DNA of 63,213 nt, the filler included, from Choristocarpus tenellus KU-1152 (lineage: Eukaryota > Protista > Phaeophyceae): assembly GCA_964200185.2 (NCBI GenBank). It is 11 parts of 11 records of this genome, joined end to end, with 100 filler letters (N's around TTAATTAATTAA, not from the genome) between each part and the next. Parts side by side here need not be neighbours in the genome. Positions count along the whole stretch, not along the records: positions 42,211 to 52,713 come from CAXNAD020002889.1; positions 52,814 to 63,213 come from CAXNAD020002950.1; 9 more parts are not named here. The stretch is one strand, 5' to 3'. The notes beneath the pieces are model-generated. The model worked only from the letters and a program-made list of their open reading frames with translations, was not told the DNA's origin and ran no database searches. Below, one piece after another: positions 50,530 through 63,213 of this stretch (positions are counted from its first letter, which is position 1; each line of letters begins with the position of its first letter). The translations under genes were made by a program, and so were the position numbers.

Positions 50530-51570
50530 GATATCCACCTTGATGTCCTCCTCTTCAAGCTGAAAGAGGAGGTGATAAAACGTAAGACTTTCGTAAGCTC
50601 AGAGTAGGAGGATCATAGGATCGTGCATGATCATCACGTCACTTTGGTGTACGTGATAGAACTTAACTGCAACAAGAGATGTTGGGGAGAACACAAGTAC
50701 GGATACTTACTTCTCAGTCTACTTTGGTAAGCGAAATCTGTGCCTCCACAGTCACAACCCACCTCTGCCACCAGAAGGCTAGCAAGATGTCAGCTGCTCC
50801 AACAGCTAATGCTCCGGAGAACAGGCGAAGTAAGAGGTAACAAATTGAGATGAGGGGTGTCGTGCTCTTAGTTAACTTCACGTGTTTGCTTCTGAGCGCG
50901 ATTGGACAATCCCAAGCCAGTCAACTTCGTACTGATGCAAGTTACTCTTTTATCAAATGTTAATAATGGAATATTTCGACCAATCGAAATAAATAATAGT
51001 TGAGGTAAAGAGGTATTTCTGAGTCAGGTCAAAGTTCAACCTGCCTCTAAACATGATGGAAGAATGATCATAAAAAATCAACAGAAGATTAATTTCTCAG
51101 TAGAACTACTAAGAAAACGAACATGAGTGCGTTTCCATTTACCAGTCATATCAAATGAATAGTTCCGAAATATTAACGAGATTATTTCTTGACCTAAATG
51201 CGATGTTCATCCAATCAAACATCGCATATGTCAACAGAGCTGCAAGTTAGTCGGTGCCACGCACCAACGACCAAGATAATTAAAAGGCAGATGGAGAATT
51301 GTTCCTTCTAACTCTCCATCACAGTCATTTGCCACGTGTAGGGCGTTTTGTTGTTCTCTCTCCCAACCATTCAATTAGTTACATTACATGTCATGCGTCA
51401 AATAATTCCTCAATCCATGGAACTATCATGTATGAAGGGAAATAACAACCAACACAGTTATAGTAAAACCAGTTAGTATTGTGATATTGCATTGTTATTA
51501 TATGTGTGGTATTCTGTCGATTTTCTTCTGTCTCCACATAATAACCTCATTAATAGTATTTAATAGTATT

Positions 51571-51628
51571 ATATTATTATGCCCTCTGACATTTTGCAGA
51601 TGTGTCAGGGGGAAACCAATGAAAACTA
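51571..51628 (-). mobile_element. 3' terminal fragment of the RLE non-LTR family
   Basis: attattatgccctctgacattttgcagatgtgtcagggggaaaccaatgaaaacta matches 37765-37823. Confidence 0.65.
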
Positions 51629-52980
51629 TATACATATGTGTATATAATATATATATATTTTATAGTATCATTAATGGTAGTATCGTTCAGCCACACATGA
51701 GATATGATTGGTGACTATTGATGAAGTGGTAGGTCACAAAGTTTAATAGTGGAGGTACACTATATATTTTATAATAGTTCGCACAATTTTATACATCAAA
51801 TATTTTATACCTATCATATTACTTGTAGACTATATTATTATAAATTTAGAAACAGAATGAAGATACATATTTATCTAAAAGGGTAAAGAAGATAACCTTT
51901 GATGTGGTAGAAACATCATTCAATAAGTGGATAGAACGTCACGAGTAAGATCATCACCCCTCTACCAAACTCCTATATATACCGTGGAAGGGGAAAAATA
52001 TTTGAATTTCAGTTTCAAAACAGATATCCAATCAGAACAACAATACTCTCCTCAAATCTACACAAACGAAAGAACAGAAAGAAAGTCGCAAAGAGGAATA
52101 TAATAAATAAGTAGGAATAATCAACAGAAAGAGAAACACAATTCCTTGATCAGATAGAGTGATGAGTGGGTTCATGCATGGGTCACCTTGACCCTACCGT
52201 ACTTGCTGCTTTATCGCATAACATATACATCACAGCAGACAGGTATCACAGTTTCCATTAAATAAATACCACTCACCTATTATTAAGCATGTTGTGTCAT
52301 TAACCACATGTAATACACACTCTAGCCACCTCTGTTGGTTTGTTTCACATGTGCTCCATCCCTCAACCATGACCCCAGCTCTCAAGGCCGTCTTCTTGCA
52401 GTGGCATCCCCCAGTTCTCCTGTCCGCTTTGCTTCTGTTTCCTAGCTGCTGCAAGCCCCCCACACATCAACACCTTTGGAAGTCGCTCATCCCCCATGTG
52501 CGCAACTAACCCTGCAAACAGGAGTCTCTGTTTTCACACAGTCATCGCTTCTATACTCTTCGTACCTAGTCTTCACAAGAATATCTGTGTTGAACATTTG
52601 TGATAAATTTGATGGCTCCTATTGGCAAAATACAGTACAGCATACGAGTGATGGGGCAGATTCAGGAGAAGATTGGCAACAAGCGGTGGGTTGGCTGAAC
52701 CCAACGAACAGGGNNNNNNNNNNNNNNNNNNNNNNNNNNNNNNNNNNNNNNNNNNNNTTAATTAATTAANNNNNNNNNNNNNNNNNNNNNNNNNNNNNNN
52801 NNNNNNNNNNNNNCATCCTATGCGCCGTTGACCCTACCCCCACTTTCCAGAGCATATTATCTATGGGGGGTTGATAGTACGTGAGAATGAAGAAGTTGGT
52901 TGTCATGCTTGGAGGTGGGTTCATGTCAATCAGAGAGGCAAAAAATTACGGATGCCCCCGATCCCCCGACCCCACCTCAG

Positions 52981-53128
52981 GCTTTCAGAACTAACAAGAA
53001 AGGGGATGAAGACTTCTGCTGCAGTCAAGGTGGTGGCAATGGACTTGGGTCTCAAGAGATCAGATGTGTACCGAGTGGCTGTGAAAAACCTCCCCTCCAA
53101 TGCCGACACCCAAGATGAACAGCAATAA
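52981..53128 (+). CDS. rsmI: Last exon of an RsmI-like (SSU rRNA 2'-O-methyltransferase) gene, C-terminal HTH
   Basis: After acceptor cctcag: LSELTRKGMKTSAAVKVVAMDLGLKRSDVYRVAV, resembling the RsmI C-terminal helix-turn-helix. Only this short exon is visible. Confidence 0.5.
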
Positions 53129-55935
53129 TAATAATAATAGTAATTTATTGCTCGGAGCATACCCTCATATACATACATTATTTGAAGTGTGTGGGAGGGA
53201 AGGGGTGAGTATAGAATGCTTTAGTGAAGCCCATGATCGCCATACCTTGAGGTTTGCCGTCTTTGACTGCAAAGAATTACCAAAAGAGAGAAAAGATGTC
53301 GATAAAATTGCAGCAATGCAGGTGTGTATTGTGGCTTTGTCAGGTAGATACTGTTGGCGTAGGCAATAAGCCTTGTTTGCCTGGTGTGCTTTTGGCTCTT
53401 TGTGTGTATGTATGTATGTTTGTCTGTGTCTGTTGAGTTTGCGTAGTGTTGGTTCTAATTTTTTTCTTGTGCTGTTAATGTGTGCAGCCTTTCAAAACAC
53501 CATGGATCTTTGCGGTTGTCTCATGCATTCCCTCGTTTTATTATAGGTTTTGACACTTACCTATTGCCATTACCTCATCTCGCCACTTCTGAGTGTCAGG
53601 TGTATGTGGTATGTGGTATGTAACCATGTGAAAGGCTCGTGTCGCTTCGTGCAATCTGATTGCTATTCTGCACCCTCATAATTTTGAAGAATACCTTGGA
53701 AGATTGAAAAAAACTGTTGTGATGCTACCTTATATTTTGACACGATTTTTGCTGCTATCCGTTGATATCGTCTTGTGCACAGAGGCTTGTTTATGCCTCC
53801 ACTACTGAAGCACCTTTTACTCCACTGTGAGAGGGAGTAGTATTAATCCTTGACAGTGGATTTCATTGACCTGACTATTATTGTGTCATATCGATCCTAA
53901 AATGAAATATATGCCAAGGCAGAAGTAGCAATTATAGCTGACCTGCACTAGTTCCTATGCCCAGTGGGACATCCTGTGCCTCGGATATGAAGCAACTGGC
54001 AGGCAATGTGCCATACCCTCACTTCAACTAACAGTATTCAAACCTCCTGTCCGGATTAATGGGGCTAGCATGAATTGCGGTGTGTTGATAGTATCCATAT
54101 TAGTCCGGAAACTGTTTTCATCTCTGTGCATTTGAGCTACCCCCGTCCATGTTGCTACCTAAACGACCTCTGCACTTGAACTTGCGGGTCATCTCCACCT
54201 TGGAGTGAAGATGTCGTCTCTTATGCCCCTTTGAAAATAGAATGCTGTCCCAATTCACTAACTGTACAACTGTCTGCCAACATATTGCAGTACTTCTCAA
54301 CTGATGTGGTCCATATCCATCGATCCATATTGTTGGGGTAGTACACAGAGGGTGAGCCATTTGGTATGATCATGTTTGAGTACTATTTGACTGAGGACTC
54401 ACTGAACAGCAGTAGTATTGCTTGATGGTATTTTCATTACCTGTGTTCCCCTGTAGGATCATTACCTGTAGGATCCCCGGAAGGAATTAATGAACGCTCA
54501 CTCTCACTACTGGATCAAGGAGTGCTTGTTCTAGAAGGGAAGGCTCAAGACAGTAGCATGGCAGTTTTGTTGTGAAGAGTTGCATATGTTGCATTTGATC
54601 AGATAATCTTGTTGTCCTGGTGGATACCACAAAATTTCGTTGTGTTTGTTATTTGAATGGCAAGTTACACCTTTTCATCATATTGAATCGGATAGTAGGT
54701 GAATCATATTTCGCCTTCTCTATGGAGCTTTCTTGGCACTTTTCGACACCACATCTTGTTTTAAAGTTGTCTGTATCATAAGCAAGGTATCCTATAGTGT
54801 TTAGCCAATTGATCATCTAGTCGAAGTGATATTTTATCGCATTCGATTCTTCTATTAGCCCTCTATCTGACCAAAGATACGTACAAGGTAGATGAAGCCT
54901 TGAATTTGCTGTGGTACATGAGATATCTGTATCGTTTTAGCGCCATCTGTAATATGAATATACACAGCATATATACTGGAGGATGTCATTTGTGCTAGTA
55001 ATGCTTTACATGCATGGTGTGACAACAAAACTACACCTTGGACAACATCACACTTTCAAGATACCATGTTAACACTCGTGCTTTATCATGCCGTTAATGT
55101 TTTAATACCATGAACCTCAAGAGTATGTAGTTCCTGATATGTAATGTTGTGGAATAGAGTGTTCAGAGCACAGCACAAGGTTGATCTGTTTTGGAAAGAA
55201 GTGTTACGGGCACTGGGTAGTTTTACGTATGTTCTCGTCTCCAGCGTTATGGGTGTAACATAGTGTTAAGTCATGTTGTCCAAGATTTGCAACATTTCCC
55301 TCGTGATAGCCCTTCCATGCTTCTTTCCTATTTTCCACTATTAATTTGCTACCTTCTTTATGTAACATCAATGGAGTCTCTTCAGGGAAAATGTCCTGTC
55401 CTTCTGTGAGTTCCTTAGGTCTTCAATACCACCAGGACAACTCCTTCTCTTTAACCTCTCCTCTTCTCAGTTTTTCTGTCAGCAATCTATTTCTTACTCG
55501 ACTGGCCACCAACTACCTCTCTCTCCGTTTCAATTTCACTTCACGGTTGGTCTCTACCTGTGCTCCAACTTTATTTTTGCTTCAACTTCAATATATTATC
55601 TTCTACCTTGGTTTCACGAAATACTTTCTTCTGGTCAAGAAATGTACGTTTACCACAGGGAAACACTATTTTTTTTACAGAGCCAGACCAGGAGGTAGTT
55701 TAACGACTTCAACAAGGCCAGCCCACGGGCTGGCTTGAGAAAAGATGCACCATTATCATTCCTGCCGCATCCCCTCATCATGGCCTTACGTACCCTCCGA
55801 GGCAAGCTCGTCGTCATTGTGGTGCTGGAAATATATATGATGTGAGGTTACGCAACGAGATGAGATCAAAAAATCAGATCCGACAAGAGTAAGTTTGAAA
55901 GTGTGTGGGCCCATAGTATTCAAGGGGGAGGTCGA

Positions 55936-56113
55936 GGCTCAAAGTATCTGGAGTGGGTGGTGGCTGTCCATTTGAGGTCGATTTTTTCATGTCGCGATTT
56001 TTGTGGGATTTGGTTGCATACGTCGGATGGAAAATGAAAATGCACTTTTCCTGATTTTGCCCCAAATGGACATCCTGGTATAGACCCCCCCCTCCCCCCA
56101 GATACTTTGGGTC
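55936..56113 (+). mobile_element. MITE family A, full length (178 bp)
   Basis: TIRs ggctcaaagtatctgg / ccagatactttgggtc with a perfect TCGA TSD (55932-55935, 56114-56117). Isolated ends also at 1-21, 25199, 28058-28077 and 34174-34202. Confidence 0.95.
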
Positions 56114-56655
56114 TCGATTTGACTCATAGTTAAGACCTTTGAGTATATGAGCCTTATAAAATCTTCTGCCTGACATTCCCATTCCCATGCCCGAAATAAT
56201 GCAACTAACTCCCATCAAGGGGTTACGATTGTAGAAGACGAACAGATTTATGTTTGTCGGTGGAAGTCTAAATCGCCGTGTAGAGTTCTACGAGCACATG
56301 TATCAGAATACAGTCAAAGAGGCTCCATATACTCAACACTACCTTTTTTAGGATACTATGGTTACTTAAGCACGTTTCACCTTCTGCTAACAAGATATTC
56401 AGACCTCAAAAGATCGGATATAATTAATAGTACTCTCTACTTGTACACTACACAGAAAACATTCACAAAATGGATATTATGACGTTTCTGAAACGTTCCT
56501 CTTTCTTCTACCTAATTGTACCGTGGATGAACTACGACGAAGTACTAGAACAGTAGTAGTAGTTTGCAAGAAGAGAGATATCCACTACAGTACCCCTAAC
56601 GCCTTCCTCATTTCACTTCAACAGAGTGAATAGCATGCTTTCTTGTTGTCTCCAG

Positions 56656-59600
56656 GGAGAAGAAAACGTCTTCCAGACGCCAAATGAGGGTGGAACACTG
56701 CAAACGACCACCTTATCCACCGCAGAGATAGAGCTCCGGCTACGCCGTAAGTGGGCATGGACGAAATTGCTGCTGCGAATAGTTTATCAACCCCCTTACC
56801 TCTACCATAGTCTCGAGCGGGCCCTAGATAGAGGAGCTCGTGAGATGTGTGATACATCGGAGTCATCGTTCATAATTGGCATGATGGCGGAGTATCATTT
56901 TGATCTATCTCTAAGAATGGACTCACGCCTGCGCGCGATGTATAGATGTTTTGAGGGTGCGGCTGAGAATCGAGTTGACTACCGGGATATCTTGTGTTGC
57001 ATGCGACTCCTTCGGCGCGGTGAGGTCGTGCGGGAGAACCCCCGCCGTATTCTCTACCAATTCCTTGAAATGTACGTGTTTGAGAGGAGGTTTAAGTTGA
57101 TTCGTAGACGAGATGTCCTCCGTGTGCAGCGTATGGCAGCCATTTCGAAGGAACAAATCCAGCAGACAAGTGGCCGTTTGGACAGGTATCTTACTGAGGC
57201 TGCGGTCAGGAAGGGAATCAAGCCAGGATTCCGCTCCGTACCAATTGCTATGCTTCTGGAGGTGATTGAGGACCACCCCGTTGTGTTAAAAGCATTTCAA
57301 GAACAAATCTGGCAATGCTTGTCTGAGAAGCAACGCCTTGGTATACTTGATGCGACGGAAGATGCACGACTAATTCAGGCAGGGTATGGTGTGATGTCTA
57401 TGAAGTATAGGCGTGCCTCTCGTTGGCACACTTTGGTTGTGTACCGTTGGATTGTGAAGGCATGGATCATGTACCTCCGTGCGGGAAGACAAGCCAATGC
57501 CCAACGGAAGCGAATGCTGGACAAAGTCCAAAGAATTGCCCTGCTAAAATGGCACATGTGTGCTGGATGTAGTCACATTCGTCGGAGGCACTCGGCACAA
57601 GCTCGTTGTCTTAGAAGAAGAATCACACAACGCCGATACTTCTACCGCATTTTGAAAATGGTTACAGAAGCAAAAAGGGTTCGCTCTCTAACATGGAGGA
57701 CAAGCAAGAAGGGAAAACTGGTGTGTGCAGGAATGGGAATAATACGGGCAGTTTTTCGCAAGAAATGCCTTAGACTGGCCTTGCATGCATGGTGTGAGAT
57801 CGCCTCTCTCATGACTGCATGGGACTTTGCAGTGAATCTCTCGAAAGAACGGCTGTGTGGTAGGATCTTCAGTGCCATGAGGGACTTGGTGCAAGTCATT
57901 GTGACACGCAGACGGCTTGAGGATACCGCAGAGAAAAGAGCGGCAGATTTTGCAGCTGCTGTCCAGGTCCGTGAGCAATGATGCATAGACAGTGGAATGG
58001 TATTACCTTTTTTCTGATAGGCATGTTGCGATTAGATATCGATAATTAACTTGTATCATCTGGCAACTGCTACAAAAACACAAAGATAACATTGACCTCA
58101 TATAGATTTATACTGACTAACTTTAGACTAGCTACCCTTCCTAGTCATTGGAGCAGATAATGCGCAATCGCGTCCCTCATCCAATATTTTCCCATTCATC
58201 GTTTTGAAGCAAGCGGAGGAAGAAGGACGTATGCTGAAGGATGCTGTTGCAGCCAATGAAAAGCGTCAAAGGGCTGCCCAAAAAGCCAAGCAAATGGCTG
58301 ACAGAGGTTTGGCCAACAAGTTAGAGATGAAAGAAAAGCAGGAACAGGCAGCACAGCGCGAAAAGCTTATACTTGATCATCAGAGACAAGCAAGGCGGCA
58401 ACGGGTGTATGAGGAGGGGATTAAGCTGGAGAAAGAATTCAATGAGGTTTGGGAGAAAAAACTGCCCGAGAGAGTGGACGCAGACATGAAGGAAGTTGCC
58501 GAATGGATTACATCAAAAGATCCAGAAGCGAAGTTCAAGTTGGAAAAGGAACTTCAGGTTCTCAAACGCAAGTATTATGCTCCTCCTTTGCCTGAGACGA
58601 TCGACCTTGAACGAGCATTGCGGGATCCAGCAAATGCCGTATTTGCACACATGGCTCACAAACTGTACGAAAAGAACTTGACCCTTCATGAGTTCTTCAA
58701 CCAGTACGACAAGGAGGTTAGCTGGGCTATGGGTCACTGCACTGCTTCTCTACGATTTAGATGTTTCTATGTCCTTTTATTCCTCAGGCACTTTGTTTGG
58801 TTCGGCTCAACAGATGCATGACGACCCTCGCCACTCGTCCATATGTGACGTCACTTCTTAAATGCTTATTGTACAGGGTGATGGCTACCTTGCACATGAA
58901 GAGTTCAAGGGCATGGTGGCCAGCCTTAATATCAATATGACAGGGGAACAGGTCCGTTCTGTTATACGATCAATCGACCTGGACGGAGGAGGTTTCATCG
59001 ACTTTCCGGAGTTAGAGATGGCGGTGAAGCGGCATGAAGAGGTGAAAGGCATGCAATATTGCAGTGCTGTTGGACACCCCAGATCGAGTTGGAAAAACAT
59101 ATGTATTGCTCAGGGCTTGGGGAGGTATGAATGCCACTTGAATTTGGCGTCCTGTTTAGCACCCTTACTTTTTCATGTGCTTATGAGCCAAAGTATCTTA
59201 GAGGGTAGAGCCACGTCCATTTGGGGGTCAAAATACAATGTTGTGATTTTGATGTAATTTTGGTTATCGTGTTTGTTAAGAAGTGTCAATAACTATGTTT
59301 CGGACACACNNNNNNNNNNAAACATTTTGGAGTCGGAAAATGTCATAAAAAACCCCTTGGAAGCCAAGCCCCACGAATGGACAAACAGGGCAAAATTCGT
59401 ACCCTCTAAGATAGTTTCACTCTATCCTGCTTGCATATTACCATCCTTTCAGCGCAATGTATACAGACAGAGCGCCTTAGTCGTGCTTGCCCTAAGTGCT
59501 CCACGATGCCCCTACACTCTACATGGATGATATCCTGCACTCCACAGCAGCAGAAGTACGAGATTTTCACTGCTCTCAGCAAGAGTTTCCCCCAGGCACC

Positions 59601-62019
59601 GCCTCTTCTTTTTGCTAATGGTAGAGCCCATTTATGCATTGCCACTAAAGGAATATGAAGCTACACACCTCTCCTCCATTTTCCTAGGTATGTGGTGCGG
59701 CTGGGTCGGCATGGAAAATGTATGTCAACCCTGTACATGCCATAATGACCTTGCACAACATTAAGACCAACGAGGAAATATGGGACTACAAGGCCACCGA
59801 TAAAGATCTTTTGCGAGTCGTGTATGACACCATTGTTGGGATGGAGGGTATAAAGGCCAGAGAGGCTAGTGCAGTAGAGCGGGCCAAGAATTGGGATCAG
59901 CTTCAGCAAGAGAGGTGAGGTCCTCGGAATACTCTGCTCATTTGTTGGTACAAAAGCCTGTCAAGAATGTTTAACTATGTATGTTAAAAAAAACACACGA
60001 TATTTTCTTGTTTTCATATGTACATATAAGTGTAACCTACCCTTGCCAGACTAGACAGCAATATGCACACCTACTACCGTACCCAATACTTCAGGCTATA
60101 GTGTTCACGACATGTAAAATGCACTACATGAACTATGCACTCTGAGACACTAAAAGCAACAAAGGACAGGACACAGCTTGAAGGTAACGATGATGGGTTT
60201 TATCCGGTGTGTGCATGAAACATGTCCCCTCCTACCACGTATTGAACACCAGGGCTGCACTGGTGCTCCAGAGGCAGTACCATGTGTGGGTTGCAAGGAA
60301 GAAACGAGCTTTAGTTCGATGGAAATGGGATCTTGGTGAGGCACAAGACAAGGCAAGAAAGCTTGAGCAGAGTGCCATAAAGATCCAGTGCTGGTGGCGA
60401 GTGAGGATGGCTAAGTTACTGGCTGTGGCTCTGGTGCACATCACAATTGAGGTTCTTTGTGACCCAGGGCTGAGAAAACGATATTACTTCAACCATAGCA
60501 CAAACACTTCATCATGGAAACCACCTTTTATGCTGAGGGGCTGGCTTGGACCTGGAGCAGATCTGCCAAAACTACCGGAATGGGTCTACATTTCTCGACT
60601 GTATGGACAAGTAAGCAAGACAAAGTAAATGACATTCTGTGTAACATCCTACTATAGAACAGAGCGCTTAGGCATGGCATATGTATGTTTCAGGGAGGGA
60701 GAGAACTAGGGAGGGTGGTGAGTCCTTGCTTCCATGAGAACGGCAATGACAGCCTTTTGCAGCAGGTCAGGAAGTGGTTTTCCTTTGAAAAGTGAAAGGA
60801 CCGTGATGGGCATCTTCTTGTTGAATAATGAGCAAGCACTTGTTGAATTGGCAGGAAGAATTCTCGGCAAAACTCTGAGGAAACTTGTCAGAGTACGTGG
60901 CAAGGGCTTAGAACCAATGTCAAGGGAGCTGCAAAACTGCAGAGTTTCCCAGATATGGTGCAGAGTTCTGTCCCTTTTTTCAAAAGAAATGTTTCGGTTA
61001 ATTGACTGTCAATGGAGTAATAGGACCAATAACAAGCCCAAGCCACTGGAGTTCATCGGGTTAGCATAAGATAGCAAGGCTTAATATTGCTTCAAAAGCC
61101 CTTAGTGAGGTATATGAATGCAATGGATACTATCCCCCAACAATGCGCACGCTGTTGAACAAAGTAAGGTCCTCGAATATCATCTGTATTTTTATGGCGA
61201 TACTACTGTTCAGTTCAAAAACATTGAATGACCTCTCATCATCCATCAGAAAAAAACACCTGCCCCACTACATCTTTTAATGACAAAACTGTTGCATCAT
61301 GGCCACACAGATTTCTTCTAAAGTACTATTACAGTAGAGATCCAATTTTTTTTAAGGAGTATTCTAAAGTATTTTCGTTGGACCAGCTCGCAAGAGTGAA
61401 ACTCGCTCCTTTTTTTTCAGATGCTTTGTATCACAGATCTGTAAAAATATGTAGTCAGTTCTCTTCGCTCCTTTCTGCCTAATGCTCACCTACTAACGCT
61501 CTCAACTCACATACCCTCCCCATCCACTTTCTTGCCTCCTCATCCAATACTACTGTCTACTACTACCAGAGCTACTTCTTCAACACTCTAAATGGGGAGC
61601 AGAGGGAAGACAGGCCACCTGGATACATGCGGTGCACAGCCTGCAGAAGCCACCTCGCATTAAAGAGATGTGATACTGAGAAGCGAAACCTGTGCTTTGC
61701 TTGCTATCGGCAAGAGCACATTGATGGCAACCGGTGCTGTCATCCGTGGTCCATAGTGACAGTGCACATATGTGAAGTATGTGGGGTGCGGGAAACCACA
61801 CTTGTCTGCTTTGAGTGTCACAATGAGGGACGTGAGCATTGCGACAGGTGTTGGACAAGGACTCATCGAGAAGGCAAAACGATTAACCATAGAGGAGCAG
61901 TCTTAGAAGAGTGGGCACTGTTGGACAGTGAGAATGGTGCTGTAGCAGGTTACGAGGGAGAATATGCTGGTGCAGACCAGTACAATATTGTCTCTTGGAA
62001 TGAAGGTGCAATTGCCTGA
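56656..62019 (+). CDS. Large multidomain protein: Sfi1-like Trp/basic helical repeats, coiled coil, EF-hand pair, IQ motifs, WW domains, B-box-like Zn fingers
   Basis: Phase-compatible exons 56656-57966, 58210-58716, 58877-59041, 59688-59914, 60253-60610, 61570-~62005. EF-hands DKE|GDGYLAHEE and DLDGGGFIDFPE; IQ motif AIKIQCWWR; WW motifs YYFNHSTNTSSWKPP and W...|SYFFNTLNGE; CxxC..C....CxxC...H fingers. Both ends uncertain. Confidence 0.85.
59185..59422 (-). mobile_element. MITE family B in an intron (contains a small N gap)
   Basis: gagccaaagtatcttagagggtag ... taccctctaagatagtttcactc. Confidence 0.9.
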
Positions 62020-62937
62020 AATCAAATCCACGCCCAATGGATTTCTTTGCGCTGTACGTACCATGCCATTGCCACCTTCTACAGGTCGTCATGCACCCTT
62101 CCTGACATTCAATGTTTACTCTACTTTAAATGGTATTCTAGTTATTCCACTGCTGTTCTGGAGGAGATGAGGAAAGTGAATGTGTCCATGCCTTGAACGA
62201 GACGGTCAAATTGAAAATATTTTTTACGAAGTTCGTATTATTCTAGTTTTATCCTTCTGCGTTAGCTATCGTTTGGGCACACTGATAATTTTCCGTCCGC
62301 CCCTTAGTGGCTTTGAATGACCCCATCCCCCAAGGGTGTGTGTGCGTGTACCCTTGGATGTACTACATGAAGTCATCTCAAACACAAAGACTTCTTCACA
62401 AACAACCACTGCAAACCCTCCAGGTGGATGGTACGCTGAGGTGTGAGGATGTTCAACAAATAAGTGGACTCACAATCAAATCAAGAAGATGCATCGATTG
62501 GCATTGATTGTTGAGTTTCGTTGCTGGCTTTCTTTGGTTTTACATGTAGAAAGGATGGTTGTCTGTTACCATACTGTTATTTTTCCCGTATAACATATTC
62601 TACCATGAAGTTTGAGGTTCCTCGTCAGGAATCCTGGATTCCATTGGAGGATCTTCACTTAGAGAGGTTTCATGGAATCTCCTCAAAGGACTAGTCCTAA
62701 AAGGCCAGGTGTAACTCTCTTCATCCAGAGATACCAGAGCCGAGGGATTCCTGTTGGAATCTCGTCCGTCTCTCTGATAATTCAATCTCATCACTCCTGG
62801 TCTCTGCACACTTGTCCTTGTCCAACCTCCCCTCATCCTCTCGGTTGCAGTTAATCTTTGTCCACCAGGTCTATCTTGCCTAGTGATTCTCTTCACCACC
62901 CTTATCACAGTGAATCTCACAGTGACAGAATTATAAA

Positions 62938-62988
62938 ATTCATATTGATTCATATCGATTCATGTTGATTCATATTGATTCATATTGG
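62938..62988 (+). repeat. Tandem repeat, 10-bp unit (attcatattg) x5
   Basis: Read directly. Confidence 0.9.
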
Positions 62989-63144
62989 CGATACCGATGA
63001 GATTCAAACTCACGCTTTTGAAGAACACAAACTTTGCTTTCCTTAGAATAATTATTGATATGTTGATGAACACATGCTATCAGCCTTACTCGTATTTATG
63101 CTGACTGACATCCTGCTGGTCCCATACGCTTAAGGCCTCATAAA

Positions 63145-63213
63145 GAGCCAAAGTACTTAGAGGGTAGATCCGCGTCCATTTGGGGTCCAAAATCCAATGT
63201 TGCAATTTTGATG
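63145..63213 (-). mobile_element. MITE family B end (runs off the window)
   Basis: gagccaaagtacttagagggtagatccgcgtccatttgggg. Confidence 0.88.

Larger units (their letters stand above)
5490..52813. other. Ten artificial contig linkers (N44-TTAATTAATTAA-N44) at 5490-5589, 11703-11802, 15638-15737, 22612-22711, 25254-25353, 27958-28057, 34074-34173, 39333-39432, 42111-42210, 52714-52813
   Basis: Identical 100-nt spacers with a six-frame-stop sequence. Flanks do not continue across them (e.g. MITE-A ends at 39332 and an unrelated MITE-B starts at 39433). Confidence 0.97.

Noticed and set aside
54436-54480. GGATCATTA resembling the 18S/ITS1 junction
   Set aside because: No upstream 18S sequence; explained by a local short duplication (cctgtaggatc).

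Overview
Eukaryotic, intron-rich, TE-rich DNA, most consistent with a stramenopile alga (brown-alga-like). This is an inference from gene content and exon/intron style. The window is not contiguous: it is 11 short contigs joined by ten artificial 100-nt N-TTAATTAATTAA-N linkers. Host genes, reconstructed by hand from splice phases: a Tup1-like WD40 corepressor, a probable KDM2/7-type JmjC protein fragment, a polymorphic-membrane-protein-like beta-helix protein, a CaaX-ended coiled-coil protein, a CCT-domain protein, an RsmI-like last exon, and a large EF-hand/IQ/WW/B-box protein. Mobile DNA: decayed Ty3/Gypsy (x2), Ty1/Copia, an RLE-type non-LTR element fused to an RPB8 fragment, and related MITE families with G-terminal TIRs and 4-bp TSDs. 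The most notable signal is short TTAGGG tracts scattered through genes. Three sit between direct duplications of host sequence (15, 30 and 13 bp), and one of these frameshifts an otherwise intact exon. This pattern suggests recurrent telomerase-type repair of internal breaks. All protein-family calls are from motif recognition, not database searches.
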